This document shows, in pieces, positions 32,341 to 43,893 of a stretch of 64,000 bases of DNA. Numbering within the stretch: position 1 is the first letter of the stretch; each line of letters begins with the position of its first letter. The notes beneath the pieces are model-generated. The model made no database searches. It had not been told where the DNA came from and saw only the letters and a list, made by a program, of their open reading frames with translations. The stretch comes from a virus. Its lineage: Duplodnaviria; Caudoviricetes. Both the position numbers and the translations under genes were made by a program. The DNA is taken from positions 153,076-217,075 of IMG/VR virus record IMGVR_UViG_3300032038_009890; one strand, given 5' to 3'.

Positions 32341-33969
32341 TTGCACAAGATACTTACTTATAATGATTTAATGAGGTTTTGTGAAGAACAGAATTATACT
32401 AGTTTTAGCGCAAAGGATTCTGGATACTAGATTTGTGTATAGGTTCCTGCTACATTTGAAAAAGATGAGGAATACGAGGATGATTCTCTTCTTGTTGGAA
32501 ATGTAAAACTTCTGCACACAGAAATTAATCGTAATAACTCTGCTGTGACCGAAGCCGCCGCGAAGAAGATGATGAAGACGATTGCCTATAAGCCTATTCT
32601 TGCAAACTTTACAGATGTTAATGGTGAATTAGATTTTACATCTCATGATTTTGATCTGAATGATGATGGCACGATCACGTACTATGAGAAGCAAGTTGGG
32701 TGCTTTACGTCTGATAAACCTTATATGGAAGAAGACGGAGAACATAAGGATAGGAAATACGTATATGCGAAGTGCGCAATCCCTCGTCAGTATACTGAAG
32801 CGGCAAATATTATTGAGCGCAAAGGTGGTACAGATATTAGCGCGGAACTTGGAATAAATAAACTTTCTTATGACAGCAAATCCAAATGTCTTATTCTTGA
32901 GGATGTGGTGCTGATGGGTGCTACTCTTCTTGGCGTAGACGCTGTATCTGGAGATCCGATTGCTCCGGGTATGGAAGGTGCAAAAGTAGATATTGCGGAT
33001 TTTAGCGTAGACAAAAATTCTGTTATAAATAAGACTGATTTAATTAATGAGATTACTCAAGCAGTTGTTGCGAAGCTTGATGATCATATTGCGAAAAATT
33101 TCGCGAACGACAACCAAGGAAAGGAGGAATGTGGTTTGGAAAATTTTGATGAAAAAATCAAAGATGTTGAAACTGAGACCGTTGAAGATAAGACTGTCGA
33201 GGAAAATACCACTGAAGAGGAAACTCCTGAAGTGGTTGAGATGAATGCAGAGGAATCTGAACAGGAAGTTGAAGAGACTAATGAGGAAGATAATTCTGAG
33301 CAAGAAGTTGAAGAGGAAAGTACCGATGATAAGGTAGTAAATATTGAATACTCTGTAAATTACAACGGTGAAGTAAAAGTATTCTCTTCTTCGCTAATGG
33401 AGAAGCTTAACGCACTGTATGAGTTAGTTAACACTACGTATGGTGAGGCTGATAATACTTGGTATGATGTTGACGCTTATGATGAAGATAAACTTGTTAT
33501 TATGCATGATTATTGGAATGGTAGGCACTATAGACAAAATTATCAGGTAAGGAATGATGTGTATTCTCTTAAAGGAGATCGTGTCGAAGTGTTCACGACT
33601 TATCTTACGAAAGATGAGCAAGCTCAAGTTGAGTCTATGAAAGCTAATTATGCTGTTATTTCTGAGAAACTCGCCAAGTATGAGGCAGAGCCTGAGAAGA
33701 TTGCTATTTTGGATTCTAAGGAATATACAAGTATTCGTGAGTCTGCGGAATTTGCCGAGCTTCGTGAGGAAAAGAATCATTTTGATTTTTCTGTTGATGA
33801 GGTAAAGAGTAAGCTTGATAGTATCCTTCTGGCCTATGCAAAATCTGGGCAGTTAAATTTTGCCCGGACTAAACAGGAAGAAAAGACCGAAGCGCCGAAG
33901 AAAGATTTCTATGCATTTGCTAGGATTGAGAGAAATACAAGTTTTTTGGATGGGCTTCTGAAGAAGTAA
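32341..33969 (+). CDS. prohead protease/scaffold (YonD-like)
   Basis: TTG start after AGGAGG; HTEINRNNS, KPILA, SAE, TLLG..PGMEGA; acidic coiled-coil tail; two TAG. Confidence 0.75.
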
Positions 33970-34048
33970 TAAAAGAAATATAAATTATGTAAGTAACAGG
34001 AATTGGCCTGTTATTCTTCTATTAAAATATGAAAGGAGATAGATAGAT

Positions 34049-34666
34049 ATGGCTATTTATGGGAATTTGGACGAGCGTCCAATTGGACAGCATGGTGTGT
34101 TTGAAGCTTCGCTTCTTAAAGCCACCATTTCCGGTCATCTTTGGGATTGTCTTGCAGTGACCGAGACCACCACTGGTTCTGGAGATAATATCAAGACCGA
34201 GAGAACACCTATTGATATGGACAACGGTGTATGTGTTAAAGTAGGGGATTTTACAAACTTTAAGGACGGACTGCAAGAGAGGTATTGCACTATTGCGGGA
34301 GCGAGGGATAAAGTTGGTGTTACCGGGTCGGTCGTAAATGTAAAGGATGGGCGTACGGCTCTTGAATCGACTGAGCCTTATTTCTTTGTTCGTGCAGGAG
34401 AGGATTCTAAGGTTTATGAGGTTCAAGGAGATCTGTATGATGGTGATATCTTTGGCGTTGGTTTGCATCAGTTTACCTAGGCTACTCAGAGTCTTGTAAA
34501 GCGCGGTAACTATGTTGTACTTGATGGTACTGGGAAGTATGTTGCTCAGGCGGCTAAGCCAACCATGACGAATTATGGATTTGTTGCTTAGATTCATAGT
34601 ACTTGGACAAATAATGTTTATACTATTGTTCGTCTGTACGTTATTCAGAATGTTGATAATAACTAA
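34049..34666 (+). CDS. head decoration / minor capsid protein
   Basis: Position before the major capsid gene; frame open through two TAG. Confidence 0.6.
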
Positions 34667-34689
34667 TTTAAGAAGGGAGGGAAAGATAT

Positions 34690-35793
34690 ATGAAAGATAT
34701 TACTTATTTTAGTGCTAATGTTGTAAAATGTTTTGATAATAGCATTGACAACATGAAGGTATTTAATGATCTTATGATGGATACTGCTAATAATGTTTAT
34801 GACAAATATTCTAAAGCAGATTCTAACGAGATGATTCGTAATCAGTTTAATAAAGTTCTTGGTATTAATTATCGTTCCGCTACCCGTACCGAGCGTCGTT
34901 AGGCTCTGAGGGCACACGGTATTGAGATTAGTTCTATTATCGAGAACGTGCTTATTGACAGGATGGTATCTGGTATTAATGAGCAGAACATGCCTATTAT
35001 GCGTATTGTTGAGGATAGGAATATTGCTCTTGGTGATATCAACTATTTTACTATTGACGCGAAAGCCCTGCTTCAGGTTTCTAAGTGGGGGAGCGGCCAT
35101 CATGATATAGTACGTTAGAAAATCTTACCTGGTAAAGGATTTTCAATTGATGTCTCCAAGTATGTAATTAAGACTTATGCATCTTATGATGAGTTTATGA
35201 TGGGCAAGGTAGATTTTGCCGCTCTTATTGACCTGCTTTACAGGAGTATTGAGAAGTATCGTTTCCAAGCTCTATATGAGAATGTTATGGCTCTGGATAC
35301 TTATCTTCCTGCCGACATGAAGGCTAGTATTGGTATTGCAGAATCTACTAAGCAGGATATCCTTAACCATATTGAGAAGGTCAGTGCTACCACTGGTAAA
35401 GAGGTTATGCTTGTTGGCACCCGTTTCGCCCTTCAGAAGCTTCAGAGTACTGTAAACTACAATATGTGGTCTGACAACATGAAGGACGAGCGTTATCAGA
35501 ATGGTATTCTTGGCAATTACGAAGGTTATGAGTGCATGGTACTGAACCGTATTAATGCCGAGGGCACTAGGGATTCTATCTTTACCGCTAACGATAATAA
35601 GAAGATTTATATTCTTCCGATTGATCCTGACTTCAAGCCGATTAAGCGCATTAACAGCGGTGATGTTGAGTACTTTGAGCGTGGCATGGATGGTTCTATG
35701 CAGGACCGTACCATGGAAGGTGAGGTTTGGTACGAGGAAGGTATTGGTATCATAATTGACGAGCTTTATGGCGTAATCATTGATAACGCTTAA
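34690..35793 (+). CDS. major capsid protein (YonB-like)
   Basis: 367 aa after TAG read-through; synteny; GTRFALQKL, GILGNYEG; high-expression-like codon bias. Confidence 0.8.
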
Positions 35794-35828
35794 TTAAATG
35801 TTACATTGATTAAAAGGAGAAGTAAATA

Positions 35829-36506
35829 ATGAAAGTATTTGAATTGTCAAAGGAATTTGACGTTACAAATAAAGAAATGATTGACTTTCTTAAAGGGAAG
35901 GGATACAAGGTTTCTAGTCATAATCAAACTTTAACTGATGAGATGATTGACTCCGCCAGAAAGGACTTTATGAAATCTGAGGATGAGAATAAGTCGGTCA
36001 AAGAGGAAGAAGTGGCTCCAGTGAAGAAAACAACTAGAAAAGCTGTTCCTGCTAAGACTGTGAAGCATTTTGAGCCTACGGATATGATTAGGTGTCATAG
36101 TGTTTCTCCATGGCCTGTTGTTAAGCCGGGTGCAAATCAGGTTTATCGTTGGCCATATTTTGGCTATGAAGAGCTTGTTGCGTACCGCGATCTTCAGTCA
36201 TGGAAGCAATCTCAAACTATTAAAGGACCTGAGATCATTATTGATGACCCAGATCTTTGCGAGCTTTGGAAAAATGATCTGGATAAGGTTTATAAGATGT
36301 ATTTTAATGTTTCTTATCCAGAGGAATTTTTTGATGTCGAAGATGAGGAATTTGAGGATTTGCTCAAGAAAGCACCAAAGACCTTCCAAGAAGTTATCAA
36401 ATATACTGCAATGGATATGATTCGTAACGAGAATTATCCCAGTATTCAAAAGATTAAGATTATTGATGATGTGTTGAAGACTGGCATTATTGAGTTTGTA
36501 ATTTAA
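35829..36506 (+). CDS. post-capsid protein with an IF2 N-terminal-like domain
   Basis: MKVFELSKEFDVTNKEMIDFLKGKGYKVSSHNQTL. Confidence 0.65.
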   Translation: MKVFELSKEFDVTNKEMIDFLKGKGYKVSSHNQTLTDEMIDSARKDFMKSEDENKSVKEEEVAPVKKTTRKAVPAKTVKHFEPTDMIRCHSVSPWPVVKPGANQVYRWPYFGYEELVAYRDLQSWKQSQTIKGPEIIIDDPDLCELWKNDLDKVYKMYFNVSYPEEFFDVEDEEFEDLLKKAPKTFQEVIKYTAMDMIRNENYPSIQKIKIIDDVLKTGIIEFVI

Positions 36507-36526
36507 TATTAACGGAGGTGATGTTT

Positions 36527-36982
36527 ATGACCTCTGAAACCGAAAATATCTTTTCGCGGTTTTATAACCGTGTCGAAGATTACAAAATAGCAGGTTTAGA
36601 ACAATAGATAGTAGATGAAATGTTGAGTGGATATTTAAAGACGGCTATATCTTAGCCACGTGTGCGAAGATTATTTAAAAAAATATTCTTTGATCCAGAT
36701 ATAGGAGAAGTTGAATATACTATGTTAGATGTTTGGGATAACGACACTGATTAGGAATATGTTGAGGAAGTTTTAGCATTTGGTATGGTGTTAGCTTGGA
36801 TGTCTCCAAGATATTACTCTACTCTGCTGACTCAATAGGCATTTACTAATAAGGAACAGTCGTTTTATTCTCAAGCAAATCATATGGCTGAAATCAAGAA
36901 CATGTATGAAAAAGCTAAAATTGATTTTAATAAGTATATTCGAGATAGAGGGTATTCGCTCTCTTTAGTTAACGCAGAATGA
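36527..36982 (+). CDS. head-tail adaptor-like protein, TAG=Gln
   Basis: Missing from the track; EEVLAFGMVLAW..FYSQANHMAE. Confidence 0.65.
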
Positions 36983-37314
36983 TAACAAAATATGGTGAAT
37001 TACCAGATCATTAGATATCTACCATAAAGAAATATCTGCGTTCCAAAATATTTTATTTACTATTATATGTTGACCCAAAAGAATCGATTAAATACCAAGA
37101 TGTTGATGTTAATAAAGCTTTTAATGATATATTTCATCAACTTGTTGGTTTTAATAATATAATGTTTGAGCCACCAGAATTGGTTATAGTGATGAATTAT
37201 TTAGAAGCCGCACGAACTATTTATAATAGCGCGGATTTTGATTTTCATTAGTATCGTAAACTGATCTTGGATGCGGGAAGCAAGATTATGGAAGTGAAAG
37301 AAGGTGATTCCTGA
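36979..37314 (+). CDS. hypothetical neck-region protein, TAG=Gln
   Basis: Open frame with two TAG; ATGA/TGATG coupling at both ends. Confidence 0.65.
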
Positions 37315-39817
37315 TGGCAATCACCAAAGAAATGTATTCTAAGTTATTAGGAACAAATACTATGGGTAGAGCTAGAAAAGCGGATTCTGATATGGTAATG
37401 GCGGAAACTTGGTGGAATGACATTTAGGCTCAGACGGCCTATTGTTATGATTATTCGCATGATATTGGGGATGAAAGGTTCTTTTTGCGGGACCTGCACC
37501 CAGATAGAGATGCGAATAAAACACCCATTGCCGTAAAGTTTATTCGCCATGAATTGCAGTCTCTTAACAAGGACCCTGTGAGCTTTTGGCTCTAGTTTAT
37601 GCCGGGGCAAGAATGTAATTTAGATTACTATTCGTCTACGCTTGGCAGATATAGGGCTACGTGGCCTGTAGGGTTGTATTTTGATATACGGGCCGAGGAT
37701 GGAAAGTATAACAAGTGGTTATGTGTGAATACTGCGAATTATTGGGGAAATCAGTTTCCTACTTATCAGATTCTACCTTGTGATTATGTTTTTTAGTGGA
37801 TTCATGATGGATATAAGTATGAGTGTCCGGGAGTACTTAGCTCACAAAATTCGTAGGTTATGCGCTTTACATTGGAAACAGTGTATCGAAAGTTCCTTAA
37901 TTTCTGGGAGGACTTTATTGAGGATAAAGTTTATCAGAAGCGAAGTCGGATTTATTCGAAACGTTCAACGAGCAAAGTAGGGCAAGTGCCTGAAAATAGG
38001 AACCACCTAAGTCGTAAAGATATGGTGTTGATGTGCTCTAAACTTATAGGTGACTATAAGAAAATCATCTTATTACTTAGGTTATAAGACAGGACAGGGA
38101 GTAGCTACCTTTTGTAATGGCCTCTAACGTTACAATTACTGTCTTTAACATATTATTTTATAGAGGAGGAATAATATATGTATAAAGTTGGCAATAGATT
38201 CGAATTTACAAATGAAGAAAAAGAACAAATTGTAAAAATGTTTGTAGAACAAGGATTGTCCATGAGAAAAATACAATCGATGTATAATATAGCTAGATCC
38301 AATCCAATCGCAAGAGTGTTAGATGAATATGGTATTGATCATAGTAGAGGAAACTTATCTGCATTTAAACCAAATTTTCCGGATGGAATATATAATAAAA
38401 AAGAAGAAAAAAGAGTTATTGATGAAATCAGCAAAATACCATCAAAAGATCAAAAATATAATATAAATGATAAGTTTTTTGATGATTTGAGAAATCCGAC
38501 ATCAATATATATTATCGGTTTATTATATGCTGATGGATGTAATCATAGTGAAACGTCTATTACTCTATCACTTGAAGAATGTGATCATGAAATTTTGGAA
38601 ACAATAAATCAATTATTGAAAAATGAAAAACCAGTTACATTTCAAGATAAAAGTAATAAACATGATTTCGGATATGATTATGAAAACCAGTATCAACTGA
38701 CGATAAATAATAAAAGGATTGCTAAAGTATTAAGTATACTTGGAGTAGTACCAAGAAAAAGTTTGATATTGGAATTTCCGAAATGGCTTCATCCAAGTAT
38801 GTACTCGCATTTTATAAGGGGAGTATATGACGGAGATGGATCTGTATATAGATATTATAAAGATGGAGTTCCTCGTAACACTACATTGACAATTACATCT
38901 ACATAGCAGTTTTGTAAAGCAATTATAGATATATCGGCAAAATATATTGGAATAAAATCAAATATTTATGATGCATCATGTCATAATGGAATAACAAAAG
39001 TGTTTTCTATTACTGGGTATGATGTATGTAAAAAATTTCTTGATTGGTTATATTCTGACAGTGATATATATTTAAAAAGAAAATTTGAAAGATATTGCGA
39101 ATATTATCCAGAAGTATTAAAAGATGAATCAGTTGTAGTCTAACGAACTAAACTGTAATAATATTAGATAACTCGGGCCTTTGGGTGAATTATAAGATTC
39201 AAACCATTGAGGATTAGCAGAAAGCAATTTTACCAATGAACGAGATCACAGAAACTATAACATATAACCTTCGTCTTATAATCGATACAGACCTTTAGGA
39301 CTCGTCTGTGGAATACTATAGGGTGTGGCTTATATCAAAAGTTAATAGAATCTCACCATTCGGTATTTGCAATGCTACTATGACCCAGGATAAGATCAAC
39401 GAACACTCAGATTATATTGAAAAAGATGAAACAGGAAAAGTAATAGGGAAATGGGCGGATTTTCGTCGATCAGCTGTAGAACCTGTAGATAATACGCCAG
39501 ATTCTTCCCTCATAATCACAACTACTTCCAAAATCACTGCTTCTGGCACGACCAATTAGGTCAAGTCAGGTAGTTCAAAAACATTTACAGTCACCTTCTA
39601 TGAGGATGATCAGCCAGTAGAACACGAATATGGCGAATGGTCCTTTACCATAGATGGATTTGACGCAACTGGTATTCTATCTCCTTCTTATCCTGCAGAG
39701 AATAAGGTGAAGATTAAAGCACCGAAGGATGATAGATATATTGGTAAAATAATAACTGTTATTCATACGTCAGATGAAATCGTGTCAAGTCTAGACGTAG
39801 AAATCATCGCTTTGTAA
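37314..39817 (+). CDS. neck/head-closure-like protein; join(37314..37854,39168..39817), TAG=Gln
   Basis: Spliced junction reads GVLSSQNS-Y(T|AT)-NSGLWVNYK; total 397 codons in frame. Confidence 0.75.
37855..39167 (+). ncRNA. group I intron (1313 nt) carrying a LAGLIDADG ORF
   Basis: P1 CGU|A..UGCG, P3 GTTCCT/AGGAAC, P7 ACGAGCA/TGCTCT, terminal G. Confidence 0.88.
38178..39143 (+). CDS. intron-encoded LAGLIDADG homing endonuclease (one TAG=Gln)
   Basis: YIIGLLYADG and HFIRGVYDGDG motifs; frame continues past the TAG at 38904 to FLDWLY..YLKRKF. Confidence 0.85.
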
Positions 39818-39832
39818 GGAGGTTATTATAAA

Positions 39833-40423
39833 ATGGAATTAAGTAAAGATTACATGGATATCCTCCTAAGTTATAAAACATAGCCAGATGATGACAATGT
39901 AAGAATAAAGAACATCGCAAAGCAAGTGCTTGTGTATGATCCTTTAATCTTATATCTACTTAACAACAAAGAGCTTGAAGAGAATGAATCAGCCCCCGAA
40001 GACTACATCGGGGTAAATGTTCTTAATAATTATCAGATACATCCGACGCAAACACATGTAGCCAATTTTATATGTATTTGCACCGACTGTGTATAGGATT
40101 ATTCTGCACATAATAATAGTATTAAGGTTCAGCGTATTACATTTTATGTGCTTTGTGAAGAGAAAACAAATTTTGAGAAAAATACAGGAAGCGGTCGGCA
40201 TGATCTTATTTCAGCAAGAATTAAGACATTGTTCAATAGGACCAATATTTTTGGCAATGTTTGCCGCGTGGTTAGTGAGCGTGAAGATGTCGTGGATAAT
40301 GATTATGCGGTCAGGAGCATTGTGTTTGAATTAACTACTGATAATAATCTCTCAAAGACAATTGCAAATAGTTCTACACTTAATTATAGAAAGTTTTATA
40401 ATGCCAAGAAATCCATTGATTAA
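39833..40423 (+). CDS. tail completion/terminator-like protein, TAG=Gln
   Basis: Open frame after GGAGG SD; RHDLIS motif; position. Confidence 0.55.
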
Positions 40424-41183
40424 GTTTAACAAAGCATAGATGTTTTTCGGAGAACCTTATGTAATTGACGAAGAAGACGCTGTTGGCAGTCTTACACTAT
40501 GTCTTCCTACTGTGGGTGATATCGTTAAAGTTGGTAACGATTTTTTCTTTTTAAATTTGAATCATCTCATCACAAACACAACTCAATACAGGTTGATGTT
40601 GTGGGAAAAGGGAATAGATTGGAATACTTATCCTGATTACAAACTCTTTATTTCTTTGCACAAACAAGTTGATCCTAAAATTGCGCAAATGCTTTTTAAG
40701 GATATTGATTTTTCTAAATTTGAGCCTATCCAGAAGCCAGTAGGTGAAGGAGAGGACGTGTAGTGGGAAATTACTCTGTGGAATGATGTGGATAAGGTCG
40801 AGATCAATGAAAATGTCTATAATCATATTGCATAGTATTTTCGCAATGCATTTAATATCTTCCCAGAAGAGAAGATAACTAATAGTAACATGCTGAAAGA
40901 ATGGTATATAAGAAAAGATAAGAGCAAAGCCGCGAATGAAGAACGTAATAAGGACAAAGAAAAGACAGATTACTTCTTAGCCGCAATCTCAGCATATCTA
41001 AACTATCCTGGGTCGAAGTATAACTCAAAATAGTTGAAGGAAATATGTATAGCTGAATTTTATGATTCTTTACAACAAATGCAGTATAACATTCAAAAAG
41101 AAGCATATATACATGGATTGTATTCCGGGTTTGTTGACGGCAAAAATGTTAAACCAGATTCTCTCAGTATTATTAGAACTTAA
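40401..41183 (+). CDS. hypothetical tail-region protein, TAG=Gln
   Basis: 260-aa frame with several TAG; ends GLYSGFVDGK. Confidence 0.65.
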
Positions 41184-41253
41184 AATTGAATATGGAACTA
41201 AGACTCTATTATAGAGATTTAAATAATTATTATTTATAAGGAGGATAAATATT

Positions 41254-42415
41254 ATGGGATTTAAGCTTGGTAATCATTATATCGATTAAATCTAGTCGCC
41301 TTATATAGTAATATATATTGAATAAGTTGGTGAACACAGATATCTGTGGTGTCGATTTAGCGTATAGTAATCGCAGGAAATGGCGAATAATAAATCGGCT
41401 AACGGGGAAAACCTAAGTCATTTAGTACCATATGATATGGTAATCCCGTGGTAAGCCTTGCTGTGCAAGGAAACTCTAACGACCATTCCACTGGTGATGA
41501 AATTTCACAATAGAAGTAGGGCCAAGTGAAACTCTTGGTAGGTGAAAACCCTTTAAATCGAAGTGCCAACTACCCTCTTCCTCCGAGGGTAATGATATGG
41601 TCTATTCCGAACGAAATATTGCGAAAGCAACGGTATATAAGGAGATTCTCTATGGTACTGGTCAGGATTCCAAGGATCGTCTGATCTTTTCTCTTGATCA
41701 GCTGACTTCTGCTTCTATTTCGGTTGATGCCGAAGAGCAGACTGTAACGGATAAGAAGGGTAATGAGGTTCGTACCACCTATCGTAATAAGACTGGTGAG
41801 TTTACCTCTACTTCTGCTCTTCTGCATCCCGCTGTTATGAACGTCCAGTCTGGTAGCGACATTACATATGCTACTAGTAATGCTCCGATTGTTATGCCTA
41901 AGATTCATGTTGTTGAGGCCGGGAAGCGTATTGCTATTCCTGACATCAAGACTGGTACTCTTCGCGTAATTGGTATCTTTGGTAATGGTGCAAATGATAT
42001 TGGTATGGATGCCGCCGCTTCTGCCGCTCTTGTTGAGGGTACTGGCTCCAATGCTGTCTTTACCGCTCCCGCTCCTGGGGATGGCCTTCCCACTTCTTAC
42101 CTGATTCGTTATGAGAGGGATGCTGTTTCTGGTGCTATGCTTACTAACTCTACTAAGGATTTCCCGAGTCAGCTGAAGCTTACTCTGTTCTGCTCCTATG
42201 GTGATCCTTGTGAGAACGATCTGAAGCCCTGCTACGTCGTCATTCCAAGGTTTGCTCCGAGCCCGACGATGGAAATCTCTCTGGATGCCGAGAGTCAGGA
42301 AATCGACTTCAGTGGTAAGATGAATATTGATTATTGTGCGGGTTCACAGGCACTTTATTACATCTATTATCCCGAAGAGGATCTTGTTGTCTCTGGTGTT
42401 GTTGTCGAGCCGTAA
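41254..42415 (+). CDS. major tail (tube) protein; join(41254..41286,41642..42415)
   Basis: AAGGAGG SD, exon 1 MGFKLGNHYID | exon 2 EILYGTGQD; high-expression-like codon bias; followed by a terminator. Confidence 0.75.
41287..41641 (+). ncRNA. group I intron without ORF (355 nt)
   Basis: P1 CGAU|..GUCG, P3 GTTGGT/GCCAAC, P4 ACGGG/CCCGT, P7 ACGACCA/TGGTCT, terminal G. Confidence 0.88.
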
Positions 42416-42432
42416 TCATAAATGATATTTCT

Positions 42433-42457
42433 GGGCTATCTTTAGATAGCCCTTTTT
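42433..42457 (+). terminator. intrinsic terminator
   Basis: GGGCTATC-TTTA-GATAGCCC-TTTTT. Confidence 0.8.
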
Positions 42458-42484
42458 AAGTTTTATGAGAAAGGAGACAATAAT

Positions 42485-42925
42485 ATGGCAGTAACAAGGA
42501 CTTGTTTTGCTTGTGGCCGTACCTATGAATTCTGTGGTTAGAATTGCAAAGGAGAAGACGCAAGTGAAACTTGGAGATTTTTATTTGACAACAAAAATTG
42601 TCTTCATGCATATGAACTTTGGCAATCGTATCGTGGTAAGGAAATTACCAAAGAAGAGTACAAGAATTCATTAAATAATATGAATCTTAAAGATATTCTT
42701 GCAAGTGATACTATGGTATCTAAAGACTTTAATTCTATTCTTAATGAAGATATGACGGCAAAAATGCCAGAAAAGGATATCAAAAAGGATGAAGGGAAAG
42801 AGGTTGAAAAGCCTGGCACAGAGGAGGAAAATCATAATCTTTCAGTATCCGAAGAATTAAAAAAGAATGAGAATAAAAAGTTTGGTTCAAAGGCGAAAAT
42901 TAAATATGAAGACGTAAAAAAGTAA
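42485..42925 (+). CDS. Zn-ribbon hypothetical protein
   Basis: CFACGRTYEFCG(Q)NC; one TAG. Confidence 0.6.
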
Positions 42926-43139
42926 TTTTATGATCTAGTGGGGTCATAGCCACTAGATTGTTTTCGGCAAACATTATTGGTTTGTCAATTATATTATTCC
43001 GATTTATTAAAATCAAACCAAGACATATAGTCTAATCTAAATTATAATTGTATTCTTAGAATGCGTTGAATGTTGATTAATTAATACGAAGTGTGGCCCA
43101 AGGAGGAGGGATGGCTCTCGTTCTTGGTTTACATATATA

Positions 43140-43188
43140 AAGGGGATGCAACTTACATTCAAAAAAGTAGGTTGTATCCCCTTTTTTT
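43140..43188 (+). terminator. terminator-like hairpin
   Basis: AAGGGGATGCAACTTAC..GTAGGTTGTATCCCCTT followed by a T-run. Confidence 0.7.
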
Positions 43189-43221
43189 ACCATTTTTTAA
43201 CGATTAAAAGGAGATAAAAGA

Positions 43222-43617
43222 ATGAAAGAATTAAATCGAGATATCGAAACAAGAGACAAGTTGATCTATCGTAAGTATAGACCGAATTTTTACACACAAG
43301 GCGGAGGGATTCGCCACTTTACTGATCTTGATGCAAAAACTCTGCAAGAATTAGTAGATATGAATTTTGCAGACCCAGAGGACAAACAGAATGACTCTCC
43401 TACTCTAGGAGAGATATTGGAGTTTCTTAAGAAATACCCCGCCTATACTGCGCATGGCTATTCTGTGTCCGCAGAAAGGCCAGATTATCGTGTTTCTATT
43501 GAAGGTGTGGAAAAGGGAATCCCGTCAGAGTCTGTACAAGAATTTCAAGATTATATGGCGCTGTTCCGCAATGCCGATGAATTTAGCAATACAACTATGT
43601 ACTGTTGGTTTGATTAA
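43222..43617 (+). CDS. hypothetical protein
   Basis: ORF with SD; QNDSPT..HGY..WFD. Confidence 0.65.
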   Translation: MKELNRDIETRDKLIYRKYRPNFYTQGGGIRHFTDLDAKTLQELVDMNFADPEDKQNDSPTLGEILEFLKKYPAYTAHGYSVSAERPDYRVSIEGVEKGIPSESVQEFQDYMALFRNADEFSNTTMYCWFD

Positions 43618-43629
43618 AAGGAGAAATAT

Positions 43630-43893
43630 ATGGAACAATTTATGAAGCGAAGTCCTATTACAGGACGTAAGTATGATTTTTTTAGTAAGGATATAGTCAG
43701 ATTAATTAATATTTACTAGTCATTTTATTACATTAACGAAATGGGTATTGTGCCGTTGGATATAGTCCTGAGTGATGATCGCAAAAGGCCCGGCAAGAAG
43801 ATTCTGCTCTTTCTTTTCTCAAAGGCAGAGACCCAAGAGGCATATAAGGAATGGTTGGCACATAAGGAGGAACACGGAAATGATTTACTTTGA
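43630..43893 (+). CDS. small hypothetical protein, TAG=Gln
   Basis: RLINIY(Q)SFYY..PLDI..LFSKAETQEAYKEW. Confidence 0.6.

Noticed and set aside
43772-43879. N-terminal extension of IscS in the track
   Set aside because: It overlaps the recoded gene 43630..43893; the AAGGAGG SD supports the ATG at 43880.
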